Below are positions 37,469 to 47,244 of a DNA stretch of 64,000 nucleotides, one piece after another; position 1 is the stretch's first letter, and each line of letters starts with the position of its first letter. Position numbers and translations under genes: made by a program. A model generated the notes under the pieces. The model searched no databases. It was not told where the DNA came from and worked only from the letters and a program-made list of their open reading frames with translations. Source of the DNA: Blastocatellia bacterium (GTDB lineage Bacteria; Acidobacteriota; Blastocatellia; UBA7656); contig CAWDRU010000002.1 of the NCBI GenBank assembly GCA_963804815.1, positions 5,187,122 to 5,251,121 on the forward strand, in the 5' to 3' direction.

Positions 37469-38821
37469 ATGCCCAACTCTGTACTTGTTGTAGATGACGA
37501 AGAAGGAATAAGGCAGACGCTTTCAGGCGTGCTCGAAGACGAGGGGCTGTCGGTCGAGACGGCGGCGACGGGCGAAGACTGCCTGAAAGCATTCGAGCGG
37601 CGCGTCTTCAGTTGCGTTCTGCTGGATGTGTGGCTTCCGGGCATGGACGGCATCGAGACTCTTGAAAGACTGAAAACCGCTTATCCTGAAACAGCCGTGA
37701 TAATGATAAGCGGGCACGGCAGCATCGAAACTGCCGTGCGCGCCACGCGACTGGGCGCGCACGACTTCATCGAAAAGCCTTTGCAGATTGAACGCACCGT
37801 TCTGGCCATTCGCAATGCGCTGAGGCAGAGGCAGCTTGAAGCAGACAACCAGCGGCTGCGCCAGCAACTCGACGATTGCGTGATGATAGGCGAAAGCGTC
37901 CCCATGCGCGCGCTCCGCCAGCAGATAGCAGTTGCCGCGCCGACCAACGGGCGCATCCTGATCTATGGCGAATCGGGAACAGGCAAGGAACTGGTTGCGC
38001 GCTCCATTCACCACAGCTCAGCTCGCGCCTCGATGCCTTTTGTCGCGCTCAACTGCGCTGCCATTCCCGAAGAGTTGATCGAATCAGAACTGTTCGGCCA
38101 CACGAAGGGAGCGTTCACAGGCGCGACTCAATCCAAGCACGGCAAGTTCGAGCAGGCCGACGGCGGCACGCTTCTTTTGGATGAAGTCAGCGACATGAGT
38201 TTGAAGGTGCAGGCAAAAGTGCTGCGCGTTCTGGAAGAACAGAAATTCGAGCCTGTCGGAGCAAACACGACTGTTAAAGTCGATGTCAGGATCATAGCCG
38301 CCACCAACAAGCGATTGGACGAAGAGATAGAACGAAACTCCTTTCGGGCCGATCTGTTTTATCGCCTCAACGTGATTCCGTTCGAGGTGCCTCCGCTCAG
38401 GGAGCGGCGCGAAGACATACCGCTGCTGATAGACTATTTCAATCGAAAATATTCTGCGGAATATAATCGCGCGCCCAAGACTTTCGCAGACGGCGCAATC
38501 GAGCAGATGGCGGCACATGACTGGCCCGGCAATGTACGCGAATTGAGGAATACCGTCGAGCGCGTTGTGATAATGACGGCCAGAGAAACGATTGCCGCTC
38601 AGGACCTTCCGCTGCTCGGTTCACTTGAAGGGGTGAAGATGCCTGCAAGGTATAATTTCACTTCGTACCGCGAAGGGCGCGAAGCTTATGAACGCAACTA
38701 TATAATCCGCAAAATCGCCGAGTGCGATGGCAACATCACACGCACAGCCGAAGCCTTAGACATTGACCGCTCGCACCTCTACCGCCGAATGAAGGCGCTC
38801 GGCATCAGCGATAAACGCTGA
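37469..38821 (+). CDS. Sigma-54-dependent response regulator (NtrC family)
   Basis: Receiver domain (VLVVDDEEGIR, DVWLPGMDG), AAA+ (GESGTGKE, GAFTGA, RADLFYRLNV), C-terminal Fis-type HTH. Confidence 0.9.
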   Translation: MPNSVLVVDDEEGIRQTLSGVLEDEGLSVETAATGEDCLKAFERRVFSCVLLDVWLPGMDGIETLERLKTAYPETAVIMISGHGSIETAVRATRLGAHDFIEKPLQIERTVLAIRNALRQRQLEADNQRLRQQLDDCVMIGESVPMRALRQQIAVAAPTNGRILIYGESGTGKELVARSIHHSSARASMPFVALNCAAIPEELIESELFGHTKGAFTGATQSKHGKFEQADGGTLLLDEVSDMSLKVQAKVLRVLEEQKFEPVGANTTVKVDVRIIAATNKRLDEEIERNSFRADLFYRLNVIPFEVPPLRERREDIPLLIDYFNRKYSAEYNRAPKTFADGAIEQMAAHDWPGNVRELRNTVERVVIMTARETIAAQDLPLLGSLEGVKMPARYNFTSYREGREAYERNYIIRKIAECDGNITRTAEALDIDRSHLYRRMKALGISDKR

Positions 38822-38840
38822 TACTCACATTGGCTGATAC

Positions 38841-39206
38841 TCACCGGGATGGTCCTACGGCTCCCAGCGCCATCACTACGTCTTCGTGACCCCCCAGTCG
38901 GGCAAGGATCAAAGCAGTCTGGCCGTCATCATTTGTTATTTTCGAGTCTGCGCCAGCGGCCAGCAGCGTCCGCACAACATCGTCGTGGCCGTTGCGCGCC
39001 GCTTCGATCAAAGGGGTGTTTCCGTGCTCGTCTTTCACGTTCACGTTTGCGCCGGAAGTTATCATGTCTCTCACCGTTCCCGCGTGCCCTGTCCGCGCTG
39101 CGGCTATCAACCCCGCGTCTTCGGTTTTTAAAGGCTTAACCGGCTGGCTGCACGCCATCAATGCAATCATCGTGAACATTAACAATCCAGTTATTGGTCT
39201 TAACAT
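38841..39206 (-). CDS. Secreted ankyrin-repeat protein
   Basis: Signal or lipobox-like MFTMIALMACSQ. Ankyrin repeats (GNTPLIEAARNGHDDVVRTLLAAGAD, GQTALILARLGGHEDVV). Confidence 0.8.
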   Translation of the reverse strand: MLRPITGLLMFTMIALMACSQPVKPLKTEDAGLIAAARTGHAGTVRDMITSGANVNVKDEHGNTPLIEAARNGHDDVVRTLLAAGADSKITNDDGQTALILARLGGHEDVVMALGAVGPSR

Positions 39207-39325
39207 AGCTCTCCCCTGCTCAAATCACATTTCGAGTTCTTATCAGGGCAATGCCTGTGCCAGTACATAATGAGGAGGCGCAGAGTCGTTAATCTCTGCG
39301 CCTCCTCTGTGTTTTCTGCGGTGAG

Positions 39326-41758
39326 CTATTCGTAGCGCAATGCAATGAGCGGATCGACTTTTGTCGCCTTGCGCGCAGGGACGTAGCAGGCCGTCATCGA
39401 GACCACGATCAACCCGAAAGCTACGGCGATAAAAATCACAGGGTCGGTCGTGCTCACTCCGAACAGCAGGCTTGCAATGAATCGCATGAAGATGAAGCAT
39501 GCGCCAATGCCTATGACAAGCCCCGTTGCCGACAACACCAACCCTTGCCTGAGTATCAGCGAACGCACCTGGCCGGGCCGTGCGCCCAGCGCCATGCGAA
39601 TGCCGATCTCGCGCGTTCTTTGCGCGACCGCATAATTCATCACGCCGTAGACTCCGACAACGGTCAGCAGTATCGCGATAATCGCAATCAGTCCGAGCAG
39701 AAACATGTTGAACCTGAACGGCGCGACCGAATCCTGAATGATTGTCTCCATCGTTTTGACATTCGAGACGGGCAGCGTCGAGTTGAGATCCCTGAACACG
39801 CTTCGCGCAGGCGCAACCATGCCGGTCGCATCAATTTGAGACCGAATGATGAAAGTCATCGAGCGACCCAGATTCAATGCCAGAAATGGAGTCTGAGATA
39901 CAGGATGATACATCTGCATGCCTGTCTCGCCTGCAATCGCAGTGTGCTTTACATTGCCGACTACTGCAATAACGGTAGCCCAGTCGGGCTGTTCATTGGG
40001 CAGCGGCACGCCAACGGTCATTCGCTTGCCTACGGCATCTTCGCCCGGCCAGATCAGGTCGGCCATGTTCTGATTGATGATGACCACCTGCAAAGCGTTC
40101 TGGTCGTCCGAATCCGTAAAGGCGCGTCCCTTGATAAAAGGGATGTTCATGGTTTGAAAGTAATTTGGCATGACGATTCGATAGCTGGCAATGGGCGCTT
40201 CCGATGGTGTAGGCAATGGGCGGCCTTCGACCGCAAAGACAAACTGCGGGCCGCCTCCGGCGAGCGGCGCTTGTGATATTGCCGAAGCCGACGTGACGCC
40301 GGGGAGAGCCGAGAGGCGGTCAATCGCTTCTTTATAAAAACCGTTTATCTCGTTGTCTCGCGGATACTGAGCCGGGGGCAGAGAGATTTGCATTGTGAGC
40401 AATCGCTCGCGGTTGAACCCCACATCGACCTGCTGAAGCTCGGAAAAGCTCTTGATCAAAAGCCCCGCGCCGATCAGCAGCACGAACGCGAGCGCAACCT
40501 GTACGACGACCAGAGTGCTGCGAACAAGATGTCCGCGCCCGTTGCCGGACGAGGATTTGCCGCTCTCTTTCAATGTCTCGTTGAGATTTGGGTTTGACGC
40601 CTGCAACGCCGGAACCAACCCAAACACGATTCCCGCGACGACAGAAACCAGCAGCGCAAAGCCGAGCACGCGGCCATCAACACCAATTTCGGCAGCGCGC
40701 GGAATGCCCTGCTGATTCAAACTGACCAGAGCCTCTGTACCCCACAGGGCGATCAGCACGCCGATAGCGCCTCCGATCACAGAGATCAAAACGCTTTCAG
40801 TAAGCACCTGTCTTATCAAACGGCCCCGGCTCGCGCCGACTGCAAGTCGAATGGCAATCTCTTTTTCGCGTGATGCCGCGCGCGCAAGCAACAGGTTCGC
40901 TACGTTTGCGCAGGCGATCAGCAGCACCAACCCGACAGCCCCAAGCAACAGCATCAAAGCCGGGCGTATATTGAATGTAACCAGTTCATTGAACGGCACA
41001 AGCGCAACGCCCCAGCCTGCATTCGAGTCGGGGTATTGTTCGATAAGCCCCGTTGCAATCGCTGACATCTCTGACTGCGCCTGCTGCCGGGTTACGCCCG
41101 GCCCAAGACGGCCTATCACCTGTATGTTATGCAGGTTTCTGTCTGCGTTCTGATAAGTGATTGCCATAGGAGCCCAGAACTCTATGTTAGGGCGATAATC
41201 GTTCGGCATTATTCCGATGACGGTCGCGCTCTGGCCATTAAAGGGGATTGCCTGCCCGATTGTGTTCAGGTCTCCGCCGAACCTGCGCTGCCACAACCCC
41301 TTCGATAAAAGGATAACGGGCGTGCTGCCGGGTTTGTCTTCCGCTTCCGTGAATGTGCGCCCGGCAATCGGTGTTACGCCAAGCGTAGGAAAATAGTCCC
41401 ACGTCACCTTTTCGCCTTGAATTTTTTCAGGCTGGTCGCTGCTCGTCAGGTTGCCCGTAAAGCCCTGGCGCGCGCTCAGGGACTCGAATGCACGCGACTG
41501 CTCTTTCCAGTCGCGGTAGTTGAGAGTCGATGCGGAAACGCCCGGAGACGGAAACTTGGCATTGGTTTCGAGTGAAAAGAATAATCTGTCCGGCTCTGTG
41601 AAGGGCAGCGATTTGAGCATCACGCCGTTGACCACGCTGAACAGAGCGGTGTTTGCGCCGATGCCTAAAGCCATAGTTATTACTGCGACAACCGTAAAGG
41701 CCGGATTCTTTACAAGCATTCGCAATCCGTAACGCAGATCTTGAAATATAGTCTCCAT
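39326..41758 (-). CDS. ADOP-type duplicated MacB/FtsX permease (no adjacent ATPase)
   Basis: METIFQDLRYGLRMLVKNPAFTVVAVITMALGIGANTALFSV is a typical N-terminus. Two MacB-periplasmic plus FtsX modules. C-terminus ATKVDPLIALRYE. ATG 41758 preceded by GGAG. Confidence 0.85.
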   Translation of the reverse strand: METIFQDLRYGLRMLVKNPAFTVVAVITMALGIGANTALFSVVNGVMLKSLPFTEPDRLFFSLETNAKFPSPGVSASTLNYRDWKEQSRAFESLSARQGFTGNLTSSDQPEKIQGEKVTWDYFPTLGVTPIAGRTFTEAEDKPGSTPVILLSKGLWQRRFGGDLNTIGQAIPFNGQSATVIGIMPNDYRPNIEFWAPMAITYQNADRNLHNIQVIGRLGPGVTRQQAQSEMSAIATGLIEQYPDSNAGWGVALVPFNELVTFNIRPALMLLLGAVGLVLLIACANVANLLLARAASREKEIAIRLAVGASRGRLIRQVLTESVLISVIGGAIGVLIALWGTEALVSLNQQGIPRAAEIGVDGRVLGFALLVSVVAGIVFGLVPALQASNPNLNETLKESGKSSSGNGRGHLVRSTLVVVQVALAFVLLIGAGLLIKSFSELQQVDVGFNRERLLTMQISLPPAQYPRDNEINGFYKEAIDRLSALPGVTSASAISQAPLAGGGPQFVFAVEGRPLPTPSEAPIASYRIVMPNYFQTMNIPFIKGRAFTDSDDQNALQVVIINQNMADLIWPGEDAVGKRMTVGVPLPNEQPDWATVIAVVGNVKHTAIAGETGMQMYHPVSQTPFLALNLGRSMTFIIRSQIDATGMVAPARSVFRDLNSTLPVSNVKTMETIIQDSVAPFRFNMFLLGLIAIIAILLTVVGVYGVMNYAVAQRTREIGIRMALGARPGQVRSLILRQGLVLSATGLVIGIGACFIFMRFIASLLFGVSTTDPVIFIAVAFGLIVVSMTACYVPARKATKVDPLIALRYE

Positions 41759-42080
41759 CCTGAGTCTCCGATTGAATGAAAATAAGCGGGCACGCTTCTT
41801 ATTATTATTAGAAACGCAGATGGCGGCTGGTTGCAAGCGCTTTATCAACGCATTCGTCTTGTCTGATGGGGAATGAAGTAGTGAAGTTGATTGATTGCTC
41901 CAAACGGGTGCTGAGTATGTATGCCCGGATGCGCGTTCAAAATAGTGAAATGTTTTATTAATTTTCTCATTTCGGTATGTAGCGTATTTACAAACCCGGC
42001 TCGATAGCAAAAAGCAATTAAGTAATTATCCGAGTCTTTCGGCCCGTACTCTGAAACATTTCTGAGACAGGAGATAAATC

Positions 42081-45000
42081 ATGAAGAATCTGCATCACCG
42101 TCCTCACCATAGCCTGCGCAGTTTTCCATACAAGCCTCTGGTATTTTGCCTGTTCACCGCTTTCGTCATCCTATACGTGAATATAGTTCGCGGAGAAGAC
42201 GACAAAAAATTGATTTTCACACCAGCTGCCGTAACTATTGAGGCCGGAAAACCCGTCCCGCTGCCGGTGGCCAAACTGGGGAGTGACACTGTAGACCAGA
42301 AAAAGCTTGCGCTTGATGATAAACAGCTGACACTGGACTCCAACAAACTGGAACTGAAAGTTAAGGACACGGCCCTCCCCATCTTTGCGGATACAACGAA
42401 AGAAATAAAGATCACTTATCAGAAAGACGCGGCATCGGCGATTGTCAGCGGCTCGATCAATGTCACGATCAAAGCCACCAGAAATACGCTTTTCACTTCC
42501 TCTGAGGCGTCTCTTGAGGTCGGGAAACCGGCAACGCTAAAACTGAGTGATAATACAGACAAGAATAAGCTCCAGTCTTTTGATGATAAGGTGTTGAAAT
42601 TTGATCCTGACAAACTGGAACTGAGCGTCAGTTCGGATTATGTGGCCTTCAGCAGTGCAACAAGGAAGATAAATATCCAGTATAAGCAAGATGATACGCT
42701 CGTCCCCAGTGAGCCGATCACTGTCACGATCAAAGCCACCAGGAAACCCATTTTTAACTCCGATAAAGTAACCATTGAGGTCGGAAAATCTGCAACGCTG
42801 GAACTGTCCAAGTTGGAAGGTGATAAGATAGATCAAAGCAAACTCCAGCCTTTAAATGAGGCCCCGCTGAAATTTGATCCTGCCAAACTGGAACTGAGCG
42901 TCAGTTCGGATTATGTGGCCTTAAGCGATGTAACAAAGAAGATAAATATCCAGTATAAGCAAGATGAAAAGACTACCATTCCCAGTGAGCCGATCACGGT
43001 TACGATCAAAGCCAACAGGGTTTTGATCGTGAAGGTGGAGGGCGAAATTATCAGCAAGGATCAGGTAGTAGAGTTATATAAGGAAGATAATAAATCAGTT
43101 AAATTGGTTTATTCTGATGGCAAGGCCGAGACTCAAGACAAACCTCCTGCTTTTGTCTTGATAAGCGAGCAACCAAATTTCGTAAAGATAGGAGACAATA
43201 ATAACACCATAATCGGACAAGATGCGGTGAATGGTTCCCGGTCCAAAATTACCGTAAAGATTGGTGATAAGGAACAGCCAGAACTGAGCTTTACAGGCAA
43301 AATTCTGGAATCCATTGACAAAATCGAAGTTACGGATTTGTCCGCGAATGTGGTTGCCGAAGAGGAACACGTAACAGGCAAACTAAAGATTACTGGCTCC
43401 AAAGGGACTATTCTTACTTTTAAAGAGAGGATGATCCCGGTTGATAAAGAGATTATAGACAAAGACCTTGCATCATCTACTAGAGATAATTTAGCTCCTG
43501 CAAGTCAATTGGCTAATGTCACCATAACGGGTGATGTAGTTGAAGTGCGAACGCTATCGTTGCTATTGCCAAATAATCCACGGCTGGCACCAAGTATTCC
43601 ACATCCAGCAGGCTCGGTGAGAAACATAATTATCAAATTTAAAATCAAATCGAAGCCATCGAAAGGCGAAGACAAATATGCTGAGATGGGTTTAAGGATC
43701 ACAGCCAAAGCTGGCTCTATAACTTTTGTGCCTCCTCCGCGAGGATTCCTGATGCCAAGTGGCAGTCTGTCATTTACGGCCTTTGTTATAAGCAAAGAGG
43801 GCGCGACGTTACCAACTCCTTTGACTTTTGATTTTGCGGATCAGTCGCAAAAGCAATGGCTGACTCTGGCTCCCGAAGGAAACAAGATCAATATTTATTG
43901 GAATGAGCCGCCGAAACCTGCACCCGGCAGCCCAAGCAAAGATGTCGTGCGGCCCAGTCAGATAATAATTGTTGCCAAAACAGACGTTGGCGATTCACCC
44001 ATTGTAGGCAGAATTTATATCAGCATGGGAGAGATAACGAAATTCGCTCCGTTGAAAGTGAAACTCAATCCGATGGATGAGCGAATGGCCAGCGACCTTT
44101 ATGGCTCGGTCACGAGCAAAGAATATCACATACTGACGGTTCGCCTGTTCAACAACCTCAAGGATGAAGAGAGCAACCAGTATTTTGGCTCATCCATTCT
44201 CGCCTACAGCGCATCTATAGAAATGGCCGTCGGACTGGAGAAAAAATTCGACGCCAAATCCGGGAGCGATTTCCCAAATGTGATTAGTAAGAAAGCTGCC
44301 GAGGCAATCTCCAGGCAGCAATCTGAGGCCGCCGAGCAGATAGCCCGGGAAAATGCCGTCGAATATGGGAAGCAGGCAGCAGCAGATCAGAAGAAATTGA
44401 AAGACGCAATCAACGTGCTATCCGGGTTGGAGAGCAAGGCAAGCCAGCTTGAGCGCACTGTGCAAATATTGGAGTACGAGATACGGCTCAGGGGAACTAC
44501 CGGCACTGAGCTTCAGAAGAGATTCGAGCAGAAAAGAGAAGAAGCAGCTCAGGCCAGAGAAGAGTCTAATCTGAAGCTTGCCGAAGTGATCGGCCTTAGA
44601 GATTCTATCAATCTGGCGCTTGGAGGCTCAGCCTTTATTCCTCAAAACCCGATGGATGCTATTTTCAGTGAAGCTGTTGTTGACGACGGGAAATGGCACC
44701 CTCTTACTCAAACAGATATGTACCGTATAAGTAATCAGCAGAATACATGGGACGAAGCGATCAGGAAGCGAATCGGGGAGTATAAGCCGGAAGATGAGCC
44801 GACCTGCGTAGGCGTACTGAAGTACAGGCCGTTCACCTTTGAAATGATTGTTAATACGGTTGACAGGCGCGACGACAGAAGCATTCGCTCAAGGGTCTTT
44901 AAAGCGTTTGATCTTTTTGGGACAGGCGTTTCATTTATCACCTCTGTAGCCGTGCCCGGTAAAAACAGCGATCTGCCCCTCGGCCTGGAGAAATATTCCA

Positions 45001-45272
45001 ACCTGCTGTTACCCGGATTAGACACGCTCTTTCCAAGTTTGAAAGAACAGCAGCGACAGAACATAGTCTCCCAGGTAATGAAACCCATAGAAGAGATACC
45101 GTTTGGGTCTGACATTACTCGCGTGCTTTTTATCCCCAAAAAGACTATCAAGGGATTAATTCGGGGACACGATGTCCGAATCAGTGAGATCTGTCCTTAC
45201 TTCTTCAGCATCGAAGTCGCGATTATCAAAAAAGGAGGAGTCGTGCAGGTGGGTTCAACTCCTGCGCCCTGA
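42081..45272 (+). CDS. Large (1063 aa) hypothetical surface or secreted protein: N-terminal TM/signal, three ~90-aa tandem repeats, coiled coil, unknown C-terminal domain
   Basis: LVFCLFTAFVILYVNIV anchor. Repeats end ...INVTIKATR, ...ITVTIKATR, ...ITVTIKANR. Coiled coil around QSEAAEQIARENAVEYGKQAAADQKKLKD. Visibly AT-richer than its neighbours. Confidence 0.6.
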   Translation: MKNLHHRPHHSLRSFPYKPLVFCLFTAFVILYVNIVRGEDDKKLIFTPAAVTIEAGKPVPLPVAKLGSDTVDQKKLALDDKQLTLDSNKLELKVKDTALPIFADTTKEIKITYQKDAASAIVSGSINVTIKATRNTLFTSSEASLEVGKPATLKLSDNTDKNKLQSFDDKVLKFDPDKLELSVSSDYVAFSSATRKINIQYKQDDTLVPSEPITVTIKATRKPIFNSDKVTIEVGKSATLELSKLEGDKIDQSKLQPLNEAPLKFDPAKLELSVSSDYVALSDVTKKINIQYKQDEKTTIPSEPITVTIKANRVLIVKVEGEIISKDQVVELYKEDNKSVKLVYSDGKAETQDKPPAFVLISEQPNFVKIGDNNNTIIGQDAVNGSRSKITVKIGDKEQPELSFTGKILESIDKIEVTDLSANVVAEEEHVTGKLKITGSKGTILTFKERMIPVDKEIIDKDLASSTRDNLAPASQLANVTITGDVVEVRTLSLLLPNNPRLAPSIPHPAGSVRNIIIKFKIKSKPSKGEDKYAEMGLRITAKAGSITFVPPPRGFLMPSGSLSFTAFVISKEGATLPTPLTFDFADQSQKQWLTLAPEGNKINIYWNEPPKPAPGSPSKDVVRPSQIIIVAKTDVGDSPIVGRIYISMGEITKFAPLKVKLNPMDERMASDLYGSVTSKEYHILTVRLFNNLKDEESNQYFGSSILAYSASIEMAVGLEKKFDAKSGSDFPNVISKKAAEAISRQQSEAAEQIARENAVEYGKQAAADQKKLKDAINVLSGLESKASQLERTVQILEYEIRLRGTTGTELQKRFEQKREEAAQAREESNLKLAEVIGLRDSINLALGGSAFIPQNPMDAIFSEAVVDDGKWHPLTQTDMYRISNQQNTWDEAIRKRIGEYKPEDEPTCVGVLKYRPFTFEMIVNTVDRRDDRSIRSRVFKAFDLFGTGVSFITSVAVPGKNSDLPLGLEKYSNLLLPGLDTLFPSLKEQQRQNIVSQVMKPIEEIPFGSDITRVLFIPKKTIKGLIRGHDVRISEICPYFFSIEVAIIKKGGVVQVGSTPAP
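42210..43020 (+). repeat. Three tandem coding repeats (~270 bp each) inside the 1063-aa ORF
   Basis: CTGGAACTGAGCGTCAGTTCGGATTATGTGGCCT recurs at about 42616 and 42889. The GAGCCGATCAC.GT.ACGATCAAAGCCA motif recurs at about 42709 and 42988. Confidence 0.75.
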
Positions 45273-45322
45273 GCTTTCTTAAATCAGGATTAGCGGCAGG
45301 AATTCAGATGCTCCTGCCGCTT

Positions 45323-45784
45323 TCATTCCGGCTTGCCCGGCAGGTAATAGAATCGCACGATGATGAGTCCTGAAAGCGCCGTCGCGCCCAACAATAGATC
45401 GAGCGCGGAAACGTCGGGGCTGACCATCTTTCTGGCGATGATGAATATGACCACCTCGATTGCCGCGCTGGTCCTGTGAAACAGAAGCAGCAGTGCAAGC
45501 TCGGCAGCAATCCCGACCAGCAGGATGTTCTGGATTATGCCCTGCAACGCGCTGTACTCATCCGTTGGATGCCAGAGTTTCGGAAATTCGCGAACCACTG
45601 TATCGTATGCTGTGATTGCGGCTGCGACGAGCATTACTATTGAAAGCGCCGACAGGAATAGAAGAATCGTATTCCCGACATAGCGATTTACCACTCGCTC
45701 GATGAACGGGTCCTGCTTGACTCCCGTTTCATCCCTTCCTTTTTCTTCATTTTCAGCCAAAGTCTTTCCCCTTTGATCCGGCAA
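45323..45784 (-). CDS. Small polytopic membrane protein, PsiE-like
   Basis: Four hydrophobic segments. Resembles the phosphate-starvation-inducible PsiE family (...IEVVIFIIARKMV...). Weak call. Confidence 0.4.
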   Translation of the reverse strand: MPDQRGKTLAENEEKGRDETGVKQDPFIERVVNRYVGNTILLFLSALSIVMLVAAAITAYDTVVREFPKLWHPTDEYSALQGIIQNILLVGIAAELALLLLFHRTSAAIEVVIFIIARKMVSPDVSALDLLLGATALSGLIIVRFYYLPGKPE

Positions 45785-45844
45785 TAATATCTATTCCACT
45801 CGCGCGAAAAGTCAAGCGAGGCTGAATTATCGAGTATTGATGGA

Positions 45845-46258
45845 TTAAGAACCGACCGGAAGGCGTTTATGGATCTGAGCGTCTGAACACAAAAGGCGCA
45901 GACTCGGTTCCATCCGCGCGAGCAGTCTCATTTTTACTGTGGAAGATTGAATATCGGCTGGTGCAGGCTGGACCGAACGTGAAACCACTTCGTCGCGGAG
46001 CGGCTCAGGAAGCTTATGAACCGCACTCGGCGATCCCGCATTCCGTGGCGATCCCAAGGCCGCGCCGCGACTAAGTCGATTCACGTCCGGTCCAGCCTGC
46101 AACTGAAACACGGCTTCGGTTGATTCAAACGCGCCTGCCAAAGCTGAAACGATCACGGAGAGAGCCATTGCAAACCAGATTGCAAGCCCGGCTGCCATCA
46201 TCACACGAGTCACGCGCTTAATAAGTCTCACTGCCGCCATTATTAAAGTTGCCTTCAA
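45845..46258 (-). CDS. Hypothetical protein with N-terminal TM segment
   Basis: ORF only; no motif recognised. Confidence 0.3.
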   Translation of the reverse strand: MKATLIMAAVRLIKRVTRVMMAAGLAIWFAMALSVIVSALAGAFESTEAVFQLQAGPDVNRLSRGAALGSPRNAGSPSAVHKLPEPLRDEVVSRSVQPAPADIQSSTVKMRLLARMEPSLRLLCSDAQIHKRLPVGS

Positions 46259-46537
46259 TTCCCAACGCCTGCTCGTTGAAGCGGCGTAGAAACTTGTGAA
46301 TCGAAGTGCACACGCTATGCCAAGTGTCCGGCGCGCGTCACGCGATGAATCTAAGTTGTGTTTTTAAGACGAGTTCATCTGTTATGAGATCAATATTGCG
46401 AGGCGCGGCTGATTAGATTTGGTAACAAGTGTGCCGGGAATAAAGTACCGGCTATGGGAAATCTCTATACAGAACTGGATAGGTTTCTGTATCTCATTGT
46501 AATAAAGAATTTACAGGAACACATAATCTGATGACTT

Positions 46538-46780
46538 TCATCTTGTGTGCGGGTTGTGTGCCACTTTCGCAAACACGAGATTTTCGAGCTTCTCCGAGGC
46601 TGCCTGCTGCATTGAAGGCAGAACATGCGAATAAGTATCGAGCGTCAGCGAGATATTAGCGTGTCCTAAACGCTCGCTTACCACCTTTGGATTCTCATTC
46701 GCTGCCAGTAAGAGTGTTGCATAAAGCCTTAGAGCTTCGTTGAGTCCCGCCCGACGCAGTATAGGCTTGAAGTGAAGCCG
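46538..46780 (-). pseudogene. C-terminal fragment of a tyrosine recombinase/integrase
   Basis: Minus-strand frame reads RLHFKPILRRAGLNEALRLYATLLLAANENPKVVSERLGHANISLTLDTYSHVLPSMQQAASEKLENLVF... It has the integrase C-terminal box with the catalytic Tyr (DTYSHV). The usual HDLRHT box is degraded (LRLY), and an upstream in-frame TGA truncates the frame. Confidence 0.7.
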
Positions 46781-46820
46781 TCAGGTGCAGTTCAGCAAAA
46801 CAAACAAGGTTCTCCGCAGC

Positions 46821-47030
46821 GCGCCAGCCGATCTTACATGCTGCACAGATGACTTTAGCAGTGCGCCAGATCGGTTTAGCAGCGCGCAGGCTGACTTCAG
46901 CAATGCGCCAGATCAATTTAGCAGCGCGACGAATGACCCCGGCCCCGTGCCAGCGCGCTTTAACAATGCGCCAGCCGGGTTTAACAGCCGTACAGATGAC
47001 TATAACAGCGGTACAGATGGTTTCAGCAGG
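46821..47030. repeat. 10 x 21-bp degenerate tandem repeat array
   Basis: In-phase units: GCGCCAGCCGATCTTACATGC, TGCACAGATGACTTTAGCAGT, GCGCCAGATCGGTTTAGCAGC, GCGCAGGCTGACTTCAGCAAT, GCGCCAGATCAATTTAGCAGC, and so on to GGTACAGATGGTTTCAGCAGG. Confidence 0.8.
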
Positions 47031-47244
47031 CATACAAACCGTAGAAAAATCAACAGTTGCCCGATTTCGAGCGCGAGCCTGAGGCTCGCTCCATAGCTTA
47101 AAAGGAGGAAGCATAAGCTGACGGCGGCGCGAGCATTTCTGGTTGATGCCACTATCCGAGTCACGTACTCAGATAGTGTCTCCATGCACGCTCCTATGGT
47201 ATCTCGGTCAGTCATTTGAGCTAAACGCTAAAGAAAATCAATAA

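Noticed and set aside
39545-40276. 243-aa ORF antisense to the ADOP permease. The same applies to 22366-23109, 28674-29318, 57767-58357 and 61407-62078.
   Set aside because: All are embedded in well-supported genes on the other strand and translate to Arg-rich low-complexity sequence.
46695-47114. 139-aa, 103-aa and 77-aa ORFs spanning the 21-bp repeat array
   Set aside because: Several frames on both strands stay open simply because the repeat unit lacks stop codons. The translations are 7-aa periodic nonsense with no start or RBS support.
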